Translations under genes and position numbers: made by a program | Assembly: GCA_965247115.1 (NCBI GenBank) | Contig: CBDFGR010000003.1 | Location: 416,001 to 480,000, forward strand | Direction of reading: 5' to 3' | Length of the DNA: 64,000 nucleotides | From: Myxococcota bacterium | GTDB taxonomy: Bacteria > Myxococcota_A > UBA9160 > SZUA-336 | Shown: positions 39,644 through 49,983 of the stretch, piece by piece | Numbering within the stretch: position 1 is the stretch's first letter | How the letters are laid out: each line of letters opens with the position of its first letter | The notes under the pieces: model-generated | Seen by the model: only the letters and a program-made list of their open reading frames with translations | Told to the model about the DNA's origin: nothing | The model's database searches: none

Positions 39644-40812
39644 TGGGCTCCATCCTCGCGGTGTTCCGCAAGGAGGTCGTCGACAACTTCCGCGATCGCC
39701 GCACCTTGCTGACGGCCCTGCTGCTGGGTCCGCTGCTGGGACCGGCGCTCTTCGCGTTCCTGATCACGGCCGTGCTGCGGCAGAACGTGGCAGAGCTCGA
39801 CCTTGCGCTCGAGCTGCCCGTCGTCGGGGCCGAGCGGGCACCGAACCTGATTCAGTTCCTGCGCGAGCAGAACGTGGAGATTCTGGGTCCACTCGCCGAC
39901 CCCGAGGCCGCGGTCAGTGCCGGCGAACACGACGTGGTGCTCGTGATCCCGGCGAACTTCGCGGCCGCGTTCCGCGCCGGCACTCCCGCGCCGCTGCGGC
40001 TGGTAATGGACCGCTCGAACCAGAGCGCGGCCAGGGACGTCGCCCGCGCGCGCGCCCTGCTGGGTGGCTACAGCCGGCAGCTGGCACTCCTGAAGCTTCA
40101 GCTGCGCGGTGTGAGCCCGCTGGCCCTGTCCCCGCTGGTCGTCGAGGAGGCCGACGTCTCTACTCCATCGGGGCGTTCCGCTGTGCTGTTAGGGATGGTG
40201 CCCTACTTCGTGCTCTTCTCGATCCTGATGGGTTGCTTCAACATCGCCATCGACACCACGGCGGGCGAACGGGAGCGCGGCTCGCTGGAGGCCCTTCTCA
40301 CGCTGCCCGTGGGCCGTTCGGAGCTGGCCCTCGGCAAGCTCGCGGCCAGCTGCCTGTACTCGATCCTGTCGCTCCTGCTCGCAATCCTGGCCTTCGGGAT
40401 CAGCATCTCCTTCATCCCGCTCGAGGACGTGGGTATGACGGCGAACTTCGGCCCGGTGGTGATGCTGAGAGTGCTCGGCGTCGCCCTCCCGTTCGTGCTG
40501 CTGGCCGCGAGCCTGCTCACGCTGATCGCCTCCTTCACGCGCAGCTTCAAGGAGGCCCAGTCCTATCTCTCGCTCGTGCTCCTGGTCCCGATGATTCCAT
40601 TCATCGCGTCCACACTCGCCCCGATCCAGCCGAGCCTCACCTTGATGGGATTTCCAGTCCTGAGTCAGCACCTGCTGATCACGGAGCTGATGAAGGACGA
40701 CCCGGTAGCGCTGTCGGCGATCCTCGCCTCGATCGCGGGCACGCTCGCCGCGGGCGGAATCGTGGCCTGGGCGACGACGCGCCTCTACCGGCGCGAAGGT
40801 CTGCTCGGATAG
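39643..40812 (+). CDS. ABC exporter permease (NatB-like)
   Basis: RDRRT, DTTAGERERGSLE.LL, FKEAQ motifs; multiple TM helices. Confidence 0.88.
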   Translation: MGSILAVFRKEVVDNFRDRRTLLTALLLGPLLGPALFAFLITAVLRQNVAELDLALELPVVGAERAPNLIQFLREQNVEILGPLADPEAAVSAGEHDVVLVIPANFAAAFRAGTPAPLRLVMDRSNQSAARDVARARALLGGYSRQLALLKLQLRGVSPLALSPLVVEEADVSTPSGRSAVLLGMVPYFVLFSILMGCFNIAIDTTAGERERGSLEALLTLPVGRSELALGKLAASCLYSILSLLLAILAFGISISFIPLEDVGMTANFGPVVMLRVLGVALPFVLLAASLLTLIASFTRSFKEAQSYLSLVLLVPMIPFIASTLAPIQPSLTLMGFPVLSQHLLITELMKDDPVALSAILASIAGTLAAGGIVAWATTRLYRREGLLG

Positions 40813-41034
40813 GCTCCGAGCTCGCAGGTCTCTAGCGGCATGGTCCACGCTCGCGCGGCCGCACCAGCGGGGCGCAAATCCGCGTCCTGTAAGGCGATAT
40901 CCCGCCGGCTGAGCTCTCGCCGTGCTTGAATTCCAGGGCACTCCGAGGCGAAAATAAAGCTTGATCTCCGGTGACACCCGGGAGCAGACTGCTTCGGGAA
41001 CTTCTCCCACTGGAAGGGGAATGGAGGGATCACC

Positions 41035-43509
41035 ATGCTAGTAAATCTACTGAGAACACTTGCGAACATTTTCGCGGTGCTCGCGTTGAGTTTCGGCACA
41101 GGCTCCTGGGCCCTGGCCGACGACGAGCCGATGGAAGGGGAGGCTGCCGAGGTCGCGCCTGCAGAGGAGGCGGCGGCTCCGGAGCCCGCGCCGCGGTACG
41201 CCGGCGGCATCGAGGAGATCACGGTCACCGCCACCAAGCGCGAGGCGAACATCCAGGACGTGCCGATTGCGATCAGCGCGTTCACCGGTGATGACCTGCA
41301 ACGCCGCGGTATCCAGGAGCTCGAGGCCCTGCAACAGGTGGCTCCCAGCCTCATCGCCTACACGAGCAACAGCGAGTCGAACGGCGGCACCCTGCGGATT
41401 CGAGGGATGGGGACGACCGGAAACAATGCGGGCCTGGAGGCGGCCGTCGGGACCTTCATCGACGGCGTCTATCGCAGCCGCTCGGGCCAGGCCTTCTCGG
41501 AGCTGCTCGACATCGAGCGCGTGGAGATCTTGCGCGGACCCCAGGGAACGCTGTTCGGGAAGAACACGTCCGCCGGAGCCGTGCACATCCTCACCGCGAA
41601 GCCCGAGTTCGACTTCAACGGACGCGCGTCGTACACGATCGGAGACTACAACTACGACAAGGGCACGCTCGGCGTGACCGGACCCCTGATCGAGGAGACG
41701 CTGGCCTACCGCCTTGCGGCGATGTTCTCCCAGCGCGAGGGCTACTACAACGACATCGCATCGAGCGACAAGTTCTCGGACCGCGATCGCTGGTCGATCA
41801 AGGGACAGCTGCTGTGGACGCCCACCGACACGATGGACGTGCGCCTCATCTATGACTACACGGATCGCGACGAGAGCTGCTGCCCGGCCATCTTCAAGGA
41901 CCATGGGCCGACCACGCCAGTTGTGGAACTACTTGGCGGGTACACGGGGCCGAGTGACCCCTCGAGCCTCGACGTCGGCGTGAACGGAGACCCCTTCGAG
42001 AAGGTGACAGATCAGGGCCTCTCTCTGGAGCTCAACTGGGATCTCGGGCCCGACATGACGCTGACGTCGGTAACGGCGTGGCGCGACTACCGGGTGAATC
42101 GGGGCCAGGACGTCGACTTCACGAGCGCGGATATCCTGTCGCTCCGCGACGAGAACGAGAAGTGGAAGAACTTCAGCACGGAGCTCCGACTCGTCGGCAC
42201 GACCGGCCCGGTGGACTGGCTGGTCGGTGCCTACACGTACCAGGAGCGCTTCGATACCAGGCTGGCGACCCCGTTCGGATCAGTGGGTCCCAGCTATGTG
42301 GGGATTCTCCTCGAAGGGGCGAGCGCGGTGGAATCGTCCGTCGCTGAGGTAGCGGGGTTCCTGTTCCCTGGCGACTCCGGCGGCGCGCAGCGCTACGACC
42401 AGGATACCGAGGGGTTTTCGTTCTTCACCCACAATACCTGGCACATTACGGACCGGCTCTCCTTCACCGCCGGCGGACGCTACTCGAAGGAGAAGAAGAA
42501 AGGAAAGTCCAGCGTCCAGAACGGCGATCTCGGGCTCGAGCCCCTGCCCCTCCCAGGGGGCCTCTCCAGCAACGAGTCGTGGTGCAATGGACTCGTGACG
42601 GTTGACGCTGTCGGTGGTCCGCTCCCGCTGCGGATCATCCCGGGCCTCGAGGCCCTCTGCGACAATGCCGGTCACTTCGATAACACGACCGAGCGCGAGG
42701 TATCGGGCACCTTCAAGCTCGCATACCAGCTCACCGACGACGTCAGCACCTACGGGTCCTACTCCCGCGGCTACAAGGCCGGAGGCTTCAATCTCGACCC
42801 GAACGCCAATCAGCTGGTCACGAATCTCGCGACCGGGGCCACGCGCTATCAGGACGAGTCGAATTTCAAGCCCGAGTTCGCTGACGCCTACGAGGTCGGC
42901 CTGAAGGCGCAGCTGTTCGACAACAGGCTGACCGTGAACTCGGCCGTGTTCTACACACAGTTCGAGGACTTCCAGCTCAATACGTTCAAGGGGCTGTTCT
43001 TCACGGTCTCCAACCTGCCAGAGGTCACCTCCCGCGGGGTCGAGGTGGAGACGTTCTTCGAACTCGCACCAGGGGTCAGCGGCAGCCTTGGAGGGACCTA
43101 CGCCATCACGCGCTACTCCAACGATGTAGGCGGGAATCCACCTCAGCTCTCAGGCCAGCGCATCACCCACTCGCCGCGCTTCCAGGGCAGCGGATCGCTG
43201 CTGGTGGAGCAGCCCATACCGGGCACCTCGTTCATGGGCTTCCTGAGTACCTCGGTCTCCTTCCAGAGCGAGCACAACACGGGCTCCGATCTCGACCTGC
43301 AGAAGGACGAGCACGCCTCCTGGTTCGTGAACGCACAGGTAGGCGCACGCACGGACGACGAGCGCTACGAGGTGGTCTTCTGGGTCACGAACCTGACCGA
43401 CAAGTCCCGGAACTCGGTCGTGTTCGACTCGGTGTTCCAGGGCGGGAGCTACCACACGTTCGTAACGCAGCCGCGCATGATGGGCGTGACGCTGACCACG
43501 CACTTCTAG
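41035..43509 (+). CDS. TonB-dependent outer-membrane receptor
   Basis: Signal peptide, TonB box EEITVTA, IERVEILRGPQGTLFGKN plug, GYKAGGFN, terminal Phe. Confidence 0.95.
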   Translation: MLVNLLRTLANIFAVLALSFGTGSWALADDEPMEGEAAEVAPAEEAAAPEPAPRYAGGIEEITVTATKREANIQDVPIAISAFTGDDLQRRGIQELEALQQVAPSLIAYTSNSESNGGTLRIRGMGTTGNNAGLEAAVGTFIDGVYRSRSGQAFSELLDIERVEILRGPQGTLFGKNTSAGAVHILTAKPEFDFNGRASYTIGDYNYDKGTLGVTGPLIEETLAYRLAAMFSQREGYYNDIASSDKFSDRDRWSIKGQLLWTPTDTMDVRLIYDYTDRDESCCPAIFKDHGPTTPVVELLGGYTGPSDPSSLDVGVNGDPFEKVTDQGLSLELNWDLGPDMTLTSVTAWRDYRVNRGQDVDFTSADILSLRDENEKWKNFSTELRLVGTTGPVDWLVGAYTYQERFDTRLATPFGSVGPSYVGILLEGASAVESSVAEVAGFLFPGDSGGAQRYDQDTEGFSFFTHNTWHITDRLSFTAGGRYSKEKKKGKSSVQNGDLGLEPLPLPGGLSSNESWCNGLVTVDAVGGPLPLRIIPGLEALCDNAGHFDNTTEREVSGTFKLAYQLTDDVSTYGSYSRGYKAGGFNLDPNANQLVTNLATGATRYQDESNFKPEFADAYEVGLKAQLFDNRLTVNSAVFYTQFEDFQLNTFKGLFFTVSNLPEVTSRGVEVETFFELAPGVSGSLGGTYAITRYSNDVGGNPPQLSGQRITHSPRFQGSGSLLVEQPIPGTSFMGFLSTSVSFQSEHNTGSDLDLQKDEHASWFVNAQVGARTDDERYEVVFWVTNLTDKSRNSVVFDSVFQGGSYHTFVTQPRMMGVTLTTHF

Positions 43510-43525
43510 GCCAAGCTCTCCATGT

Positions 43526-43555
43526 TCCCCCGGGCGGGCCCACCCGCCCGGGGGA
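43526..43555. terminator. 13-bp GC stem-loop between convergent genes
   Basis: TCCCCCGGGCGGG-CCCA-CCCGCCCGGGGGA; no long U tract. Confidence 0.65.
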
Positions 43556-43567
43556 TCCGGCGTTCGC

Positions 43568-44071
43568 TCACTCCTCGGCGGCCTGGGACGGGATGCACTT
43601 GAGCACCTCCCACGAGCAGCGGCTGTCGGCGTTCACGCCGCTGTGACGGCGCCCGACGGCCCTGAAGTCGGCGACGACGCCGTTCTGTATCTCGAAGCTG
43701 AGGCGGCAGACCCCGTTGGCAGTGTCGGGCCGCTGGCGACCACTCGAGGTGGGGCGGCCCTGCGGAGCTGCATAGGGCACCGACAAGCCAGGTAGGCGAT
43801 CACCGGCTGGGAGGCTGACCGAGGGCGGCCTCGGCATCCGGTCGACCCCGGCCAGGGCCGGGTCGAGCTGTTCCCCACGGGGCCGCGGCAAGGCCGCGTT
43901 GTAGACCCAGAGCTGGTGATTCTCGCTCCCCAGGGGAATCAAGCTCAGGGGTGGCCCCAGGCAATTGACGACGCTTCGCGCAGCGATCCCCACCACGCGG
44001 CTGCGAACCTCGTCCGCGCTGAGAGTGACACAGGCGATCAAGGAGGCGGCTAGGACAGCAGTCCGGAGCAT
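43568..44071 (-). CDS. Hypothetical lipoprotein
   Basis: Lipobox-like LIAC; CLGPP..WVY..CRLSF pattern reminiscent of SmpA/OmlA-like small lipoproteins. Confidence 0.5.
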   Translation of the reverse strand: MLRTAVLAASLIACVTLSADEVRSRVVGIAARSVVNCLGPPLSLIPLGSENHQLWVYNAALPRPRGEQLDPALAGVDRMPRPPSVSLPAGDRLPGLSVPYAAPQGRPTSSGRQRPDTANGVCRLSFEIQNGVVADFRAVGRRHSGVNADSRCSWEVLKCIPSQAAEE

Positions 44072-44152
44072 CGACACGGCTCGTCCTCTCGCCCACCAGA
44101 CCACAGGCGCGGTATGGCGTCAACACTTTGGTCCGGGGAGTAAGCTGGCCGC

Positions 44153-44965
44153 GTGGGACTGGCGAGCCTTCCCTGGTACGACATGGCGGAGATCCGTTGG
44201 GCGCAGGACGTGCTCTGGGGCGCCATTGCTCGAGACCTGCGCGGGAGCGGCTGGCGGGAAGTCCCGGCAACTCTCGAACGCAGCCAGGCCTACACCGCGC
44301 AGTGGGTAGACACGGAGCTGCTGCTGAGCCAGGCCTGCGGCTACGACGTGCTGTACGGATTCGGGGACGTGCTCAGGCTGGTCGCAACACCTCGCTTCGC
44401 GGCTCCCGGCTGCGACGGTCCGAACTACTCGAGCTACATCGTCGCGCGCGATCGCTCTCCCTACGAGAAGCTGGAAGACCTCCGAGGGGCACGGGCCGCG
44501 ATCAACGCGCCAACCTCGCACTCCGGGGCCAACGCTCTGCGCCACCGAGTGGCCCCGCTGCAGCAGGAGGGGCGCTTCTTCGCCAGCGTTCGTACGAGCG
44601 GGAGCCACGAGCAGAGCCTTCGGCTCATCCGGGAGAACGCGGCCGACGTGACAGCCATCGACTGCGTCACGCATGCACTGCTCGCGAAACACAGACCCAC
44701 CGCCATCGCCGGCATCCGGGTGCTCGAGAGCACAGCGCTCGTGCCTGCTCCTCCGTTCGTCACGGCTGCCGGGACGCCGGCTGGAGCTGTCGACGAGCTG
44801 CGCGAGGTGCTCCGTACTGCTCTGGGAGCTGCGGAGACCGAGGTCGCGCGCGATGCGTTGCTGCTCGAGGGCGTAGAGGAGCTTCCACTCCGCGCGTATC
44901 AGCCCATCGCAGCAATGAGGCAGGCGGCTGACGACCTGGGCTACACCGAGATTCCTTCCGCGTAG
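44153..44965 (+). CDS. PhnD/SsuA-like substrate-binding-fold protein
   Basis: ASLPWYD, LLSQACGY, SHSGANAL, SGSH..S, ADVTAIDCVT. Confidence 0.75.
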   Translation: MGLASLPWYDMAEIRWAQDVLWGAIARDLRGSGWREVPATLERSQAYTAQWVDTELLLSQACGYDVLYGFGDVLRLVATPRFAAPGCDGPNYSSYIVARDRSPYEKLEDLRGARAAINAPTSHSGANALRHRVAPLQQEGRFFASVRTSGSHEQSLRLIRENAADVTAIDCVTHALLAKHRPTAIAGIRVLESTALVPAPPFVTAAGTPAGAVDELREVLRTALGAAETEVARDALLLEGVEELPLRAYQPIAAMRQAADDLGYTEIPSA

Positions 44966-45094
44966 CGCAAGGGGTGGATCCAATTCAATCCGCATCCTCG
45001 GGGCCTGCGCCCGAGGGTACGCAAAATGCCTACTCGTCTGTTCCTCGCTCTGATAGGGTCGGCTCCTTTCCCCCAACCGTCGAGGAGACCTCCA

Positions 45095-45787
45095 ATGCCC
45101 TTGATCCAACTTCTCCGCGTGTCCGTACACCCGCGCGGAGTTCAGAGCTACGAGAGACTCGTGCGCTACATCGCCGGGCGGGCGCGCGAGGATGCAGACA
45201 CGTTCGGGTGGAGCACCCGCCAGGTCAACGGCGTCGAGGGTCAGCAGTACGTGTTCATCGCGCCGGCCGAGGGTTACGCCGAGCTCGCCGCCCGCGAGCC
45301 CATCGACGCCATGGTGCGGCGGCTGCTCGGTGAGGGCGACGGCAACGCCATCCTCGACGCACTCGCCGAGGGCATCGAGTCACAGAGCTTCAGCGTGTTG
45401 AGCCCCCGCGAGGACCTGAGCAATGCCCCACCACCCCTGGCTGCCCCTCCCCAGCTCGTCCACCACACGCTGGTCCACGTGCGCCCTGGCGGACAGGCCG
45501 CCTTCGAGGCGACGGTGGGCAAGGTCCTCGAGGCAGCGGCCAAGATCGGCGACAAGCGCCTGTTCCTGACGTCTCAGACGGTCATCGGGGACCTTGGCCA
45601 GTACAACATCGCCCAGCCCGTCGCGGATCCGGCCCAGCTGGACTCCCAGCTCACACCGCAGCAGCTGCTCGCCGAGGCCTTTGGCGAGCAGGAGGCCGGC
45701 GACATCATGGCAGCCGGACGGGAGCGCATGGAGAGCGTGGTCACCGCGCTGAGCGTCCTGCGTCCGGATCTCTCGGGTCAGGCCTGA
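45095..45787 (+). CDS. Hypothetical protein, probably a duplicated NIPSNAP-like alpha/beta barrel
   Basis: Two similar halves (V.P.G...YE/FE ... LS.REDLS / LRPDLS). GAGGAG RBS. Confidence 0.55.
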   Translation: MPLIQLLRVSVHPRGVQSYERLVRYIAGRAREDADTFGWSTRQVNGVEGQQYVFIAPAEGYAELAAREPIDAMVRRLLGEGDGNAILDALAEGIESQSFSVLSPREDLSNAPPPLAAPPQLVHHTLVHVRPGGQAAFEATVGKVLEAAAKIGDKRLFLTSQTVIGDLGQYNIAQPVADPAQLDSQLTPQQLLAEAFGEQEAGDIMAAGRERMESVVTALSVLRPDLSGQA

Positions 45788-45887
45788 GCCGCTAGCGAGC
45801 CAAGCGGAGCGGCCGGTCGGGAGCGCCCCGGCCGGCCGCTTTCTGGTACAGACGTCCCGCAGCCCCGCCGAAGAGCGAGCTGTTGCC

Positions 45888-46460
45888 ATGCGCGTCGCGT
45901 GCCTGCTCCACATCGTGCTCTTTGCGTTCCTGGGCTGCGTGTCGAACGTCGCCTGGATCGCATTCGTCGAGGGGCGAACGCAGGAGTTCGCTGTCTCCGT
46001 CCTGACCCCGCTGGTGCGGATGGCGGTAGCGTTCTCGATGTTCGGATTTGCTGCTGGGGTGGTCGCCGCGCTCCTCCACGCGCCCCACTACGAGTACCGC
46101 TACGCCGGCCGGGCGGCGCCGCTCTTCTGGGGTCTGCTCTGGGCACTGTGCTGCGCAATCCCCGGAGCTCTGGCCGGGACGGCCGTGGCCTGGTTCGAAC
46201 TCGGCTTCTTCACGCTCCTGCCGAGCCTGACCACGGGCCTCGCGGCGGGTGCCGGAGTCGGAACCGTCGTGTCGATCGTCAGCTGGATCAGCCTCACGCG
46301 AGGAGCCAAGCAAAGAAGACAGCTCCGCCGCCGACGGGCAACACCGACCCCGGCGCCGATCCGATCCGATAGTCGCGGAAGCGGACGCTGGAGAACGCCA
46401 GAGCAGAGCTCAGAGGCCGAGCCGGCCAAAGCACTGTCCGGAGAAGAAGAGCTCTGGTAG
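45888..46460 (+). CDS. Hypothetical membrane protein (about 4 TM)
   Basis: Hydrophobic helices followed by a charged tail. Confidence 0.55.
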   Translation: MRVACLLHIVLFAFLGCVSNVAWIAFVEGRTQEFAVSVLTPLVRMAVAFSMFGFAAGVVAALLHAPHYEYRYAGRAAPLFWGLLWALCCAIPGALAGTAVAWFELGFFTLLPSLTTGLAAGAGVGTVVSIVSWISLTRGAKQRRQLRRRRATPTPAPIRSDSRGSGRWRTPEQSSEAEPAKALSGEEELW

Positions 46461-46530
46461 TCGGACGTGGTCGAGGCTGGCAGGCGAGCAGCTCGGAGGG
46501 TGACGTCTAGAGCGGACGCATACCGCGCGA

Positions 46531-47373
46531 CTATGCGTCCGGCGCTGGGCTGCTCAGGATCAGCAGCCCCCGCCCGTAGTGGAAGATGAGCTCGAAGGCG
46601 TGGCCACCCTTCAGCCGCACACCCTCGCGCGCAGCACCGACCTCGAGATGGATCCCGTCATCGCCCAGGTTCGAGATCACGTTCTCGACAAGCGCGTGGA
46701 GCAGCTCGCCCAGGCCGTGCGCCAGCCACTCCTGCTCCGGGTCCTCCTCCGGCACGCCGACGAGGGCCATCGCGATCGCCTCTGCAGAGCTGCGATCCGT
46801 TGCCAGCGCGAGATCCAGCCCGGCCACGCCTCCAACCGAGAGCGTGGCCGCGTGTGCGAACTCGCTGGTTCCCTCCCAGGGCTGATCCGACCCGGTCTTG
46901 GCGGGTGCGTTCAGCGCGCGCAGCGACAGCTTTGGCAGCAGCTCGAGCGTGCGCTCTGCAATGGCGACTCCGCGTAACGCCTCGGGCAGGACCCGGTTCT
47001 CCGGCGCGTAGCCGCTCTGCTCGGCCTCGAAGCGGTCGAGTAGACCCTTCAGACGATCGCGATCCAGCGCGCCGAGCTCCACCAGCGCCTCCCCCACGCG
47101 AAGCTGGGCGGCTTCCTGGCGCTGCAGCAGCTCGGAGACCTGTCCGGAGGTCAGCAGCTCGAGCTCGATGGCGAGCTCGCCGAAGAGGCGATCCGTCCTT
47201 CGCTGGGCCAGGTTGATGCGTTCGGCCTGGGCCTCCGTCAGGTAGCCGGACCAACTCGCCCACTCGCCGAGCTTGCGGTTCCGCTCGCTCTGCAGATCGA
47301 GGGCTTCGAGGAGCGCGGCCTCGCTGATCTCGCCCGAGCTCACGAGGAATTGACCGAAGAACTGGACTGACAT
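46531..47373 (-). CDS. Protein with repeated MshEN/GspE-N-like motifs and a degenerate CheX-like C-terminus
   Basis: FFGQFLV, RKLGE, RLFGELAI, LRVGEALVELG repeats; C-terminal GLGELLHALVENV. Confidence 0.55.
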   Translation of the reverse strand: MSVQFFGQFLVSSGEISEAALLEALDLQSERNRKLGEWASWSGYLTEAQAERINLAQRRTDRLFGELAIELELLTSGQVSELLQRQEAAQLRVGEALVELGALDRDRLKGLLDRFEAEQSGYAPENRVLPEALRGVAIAERTLELLPKLSLRALNAPAKTGSDQPWEGTSEFAHAATLSVGGVAGLDLALATDRSSAEAIAMALVGVPEEDPEQEWLAHGLGELLHALVENVISNLGDDGIHLEVGAAREGVRLKGGHAFELIFHYGRGLLILSSPAPDA

Positions 47374-47521
47374 CCCACGGGGCGAATCGACGGCGGCCTG
47401 GTGGATCTTTACGAGCGCGCCCTCGCGTGCCCTTTGCGGTACCATTCCGCCGCCCCCTCCCATGCGTCCCCTTGGGCGGGGTGCACCTAAGTCACTGATA
47501 TTCCTAGCGGGAGACCAGTCG

Positions 47522-47815
47522 ATGCCCCAGGTCGTGATCGCCAGCCGGTTGGGAGACGGCCACGTCGTCTACCTGGGCCGACACGGACGCTGGGTCGAGA
47601 TCATCGAAGAGGGTCGGATCACCGAGAGCGAGTCCGAAGGCGAGGAGGCCATGGAGAGCGCGAGGCTAGCGGAGAGCCGCCAGGAGGTGGTGGACCCCTA
47701 CCTGATCGAGGTGGTGGTAGGGGATGCGCGAGTCCGACCCGTGGAGACGCGAGAGCGAATCCGAGCCGCGGGACCCACGGTCCGTAAGGACCTCGGCAGG
47801 CAGGCGGAGGGCTGA
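47522..47815 (+). CDS. DUF2849 family protein
   Basis: ASRLGDG.VVYL, VVDPYLIEV, RERIRAAGPTVR.DLG; lies directly upstream of sulfite reductase. Confidence 0.8.
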   Translation: MPQVVIASRLGDGHVVYLGRHGRWVEIIEEGRITESESEGEEAMESARLAESRQEVVDPYLIEVVVGDARVRPVETRERIRAAGPTVRKDLGRQAEG

Positions 47816-47824
47816 GGCCGGAGC

Positions 47825-49480
47825 ATGTACCAGTACGACGAATTCGACCAGCAGCTGGTCGACGAGCGCGTCGAGCAGTTCCGGCGCCAGGTCAAGCGAC
47901 GCCTGGACGGCGAGCTCAGCGAAGAGCAGTTCAAGCCGCTGCGCCTCCTGAACGGGCTCTACCTGCAGCTGCACGCCTACATGCTGCGCATCGCCATCCC
48001 CTACGGAGCCCTGTCCTCGACGCAGCTCCGGAAGCTGGCCTTCATCGCACGCCGCTACGACCGGGGCTACGGCCACTTCACCACGCGCCAGAACCTGCAG
48101 TTCCACTGGCCGAAGCTCGAGGAGACACCAGACATCCTGGCCGAGCTGGCACAGGTCCAGATGCACGGCATCCAGACCAGTGGCAACTCGTTCCGCAACG
48201 TCACGACCGACGAGTATGCGGGAGCCGCCGCGGACGAGCTCGAGGACCCGCGCATCTACTGCGAGATCATCCGGCAGTGGTCGACACTGCACCCGGAGTT
48301 CTCGTTTCTCCCGCGCAAGTTCAAGATCGCGGTGACCGCGTCCCCGAGAGATCGGGCCGCGGTGCGCGTGCACGACATCGGGCTGCGCCTGCACCAGAAC
48401 GACGAGGGGGAGGCCGGCTTCGAGGTCATGGTCGGCGGGGGGCTGGGCCGCACCCCCTTCGTGGGGAAGACGATTCGGCCGTTTCTGCCGAAGCAGCAGC
48501 TGCTCTCCTATCTGGAGGCAATCCTGCGCGTCTACAACCAGCGGGGTCGACGCGACAACCTGTTCAAGGCGCGCATCAAGATCCTGGTCCAGCAGACGGG
48601 CATCGAGAAGTTCACCGAGCTCGTCGAGGAGGAGTGGAAGCAGATCCGGGACGGCGCGCTCGAGCTGCCCCCCGAGGAGATCGCGAGCATCGCGGAGCAC
48701 TTCGCACCCCCGTGCTACGAGGAGCTCGCTACCGAGGACCCGGCGTTCGAGGCGAGGCGCGCTGAGAACTCCGCGTTCCGGAGCTGGGTGGAGACGAACG
48801 TGTTCCCCCACAGGCAGGCGGGCTACGCGATCGCGAACGTGTCTCTCAAGCCCGTGGGCGGAACGCCCGGCGACATGAGCGCGGAGCAGATGGACGCCGT
48901 GGCCAAGCTGGCAGACCGCTACAGCTTTGGCGAGATCCGCGTGAGCCACCGACAGAACCTGGTGCTCGCGCACGTGAAGCAGTCGGACCTGTTCGGACTC
49001 TGGGAGCAGCTCGCAGCGCTCGAGCTGGCCACTCCGAACATCGGGCTCACGTCTGACATCATCAGCTGCCCCGGACTCGATTATTGCGGGCTCGCAACGG
49101 CTCGCTCGATCCCGATCGCCCAGCAGATCAGCGAGCGCTTCAAAGATCTGGACCGACTGCACCAGATCGGCGAAGTCGAGATCAAGATCTCAGGCTGCAT
49201 CAACGCCTGCGGCCACCACCACGTGGGTCACATCGGGATCCTCGGCCTCGACAAGGCTGGCGAGGAGTTCTACCAGGTGACGCTCGGCGGCTCGGCTTCC
49301 GAAGCCGCGGCGCTGGGCAAGGTCGTGGGTCCGGGCTTCTCGAGCAGCGAGATCGTCGACGCCGTGGAGACGATCCTCGATACCTACGTCGACATCCGCG
49401 AGGGGAGTGAGCGCTTCATCGACACCTTCCGGCGCGTCGGCTTCGAGCCCTTCAAGGACCGGCTGTACGCCGACGCGTAG
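47825..49480 (+). CDS. cysI: Sulfite/nitrite reductase hemoprotein (ferredoxin/FNR-dependent CysI type)
   Basis: MYQYDEFD start, HFTTRQN, LPRKFKIA, CPGLDYC and SGCINACGHHH siroheme/4Fe-4S ligands. Confidence 0.92.
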   Translation: MYQYDEFDQQLVDERVEQFRRQVKRRLDGELSEEQFKPLRLLNGLYLQLHAYMLRIAIPYGALSSTQLRKLAFIARRYDRGYGHFTTRQNLQFHWPKLEETPDILAELAQVQMHGIQTSGNSFRNVTTDEYAGAAADELEDPRIYCEIIRQWSTLHPEFSFLPRKFKIAVTASPRDRAAVRVHDIGLRLHQNDEGEAGFEVMVGGGLGRTPFVGKTIRPFLPKQQLLSYLEAILRVYNQRGRRDNLFKARIKILVQQTGIEKFTELVEEEWKQIRDGALELPPEEIASIAEHFAPPCYEELATEDPAFEARRAENSAFRSWVETNVFPHRQAGYAIANVSLKPVGGTPGDMSAEQMDAVAKLADRYSFGEIRVSHRQNLVLAHVKQSDLFGLWEQLAALELATPNIGLTSDIISCPGLDYCGLATARSIPIAQQISERFKDLDRLHQIGEVEIKISGCINACGHHHVGHIGILGLDKAGEEFYQVTLGGSASEAAALGKVVGPGFSSSEIVDAVETILDTYVDIREGSERFIDTFRRVGFEPFKDRLYADA

Positions 49481-49482
49481 GC

Positions 49483-49983
49483 ATGGCACTGCTCGTGGAT
49501 GGAAAGCTGGTGGACGACCCCTGGCTCGTCCCGGGAGACGAGGACGATCTCCCTGCGGGCAAGCCCATCGTCGTGAGCCTGAGCCGCTGGCAGGCCGAGC
49601 GCGACACTCTTGTCGGGCGCGAGGCGGGTCTGGGGATTCGGCTGCGGAGTGACGAGTCGCCGGCGCAGATCGCCGACGCTGTCGAACACTTCGAGCTGAT
49701 CGAGCTCGAGTTCCCCGCCTTCAAGGATGGGCGCGCGTACTCGTATGCGCGCCTGCTCCGAGAGCGCTTCGGCTACCATGGAGAGCTGCGCGCGGTGGGA
49801 GACGTGCTGCTCGAGCAGCTCCTCTTCATGCACCGCTGCGGCTTCAACGCCTTCGAGATCGATAGCCAGAACGCTCTCGACGACTGGGTGACGGCGACCT
49901 CCGAGATCAGCGTCTGGTACCAGCCGACCGCTGACGGTCAGGCGACAGCGCTTCAGCTGCGCCGCTCGCGAAGGGGCGTCTAG
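49483..49983 (+). CDS. DUF934 family protein
   Basis: FPAFKDGRAYSYARLLRER.GY.GELRAVGDVL..QL.FM.RCGF. Confidence 0.9.
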   Translation: MALLVDGKLVDDPWLVPGDEDDLPAGKPIVVSLSRWQAERDTLVGREAGLGIRLRSDESPAQIADAVEHFELIELEFPAFKDGRAYSYARLLRERFGYHGELRAVGDVLLEQLLFMHRCGFNAFEIDSQNALDDWVTATSEISVWYQPTADGQATALQLRRSRRGV

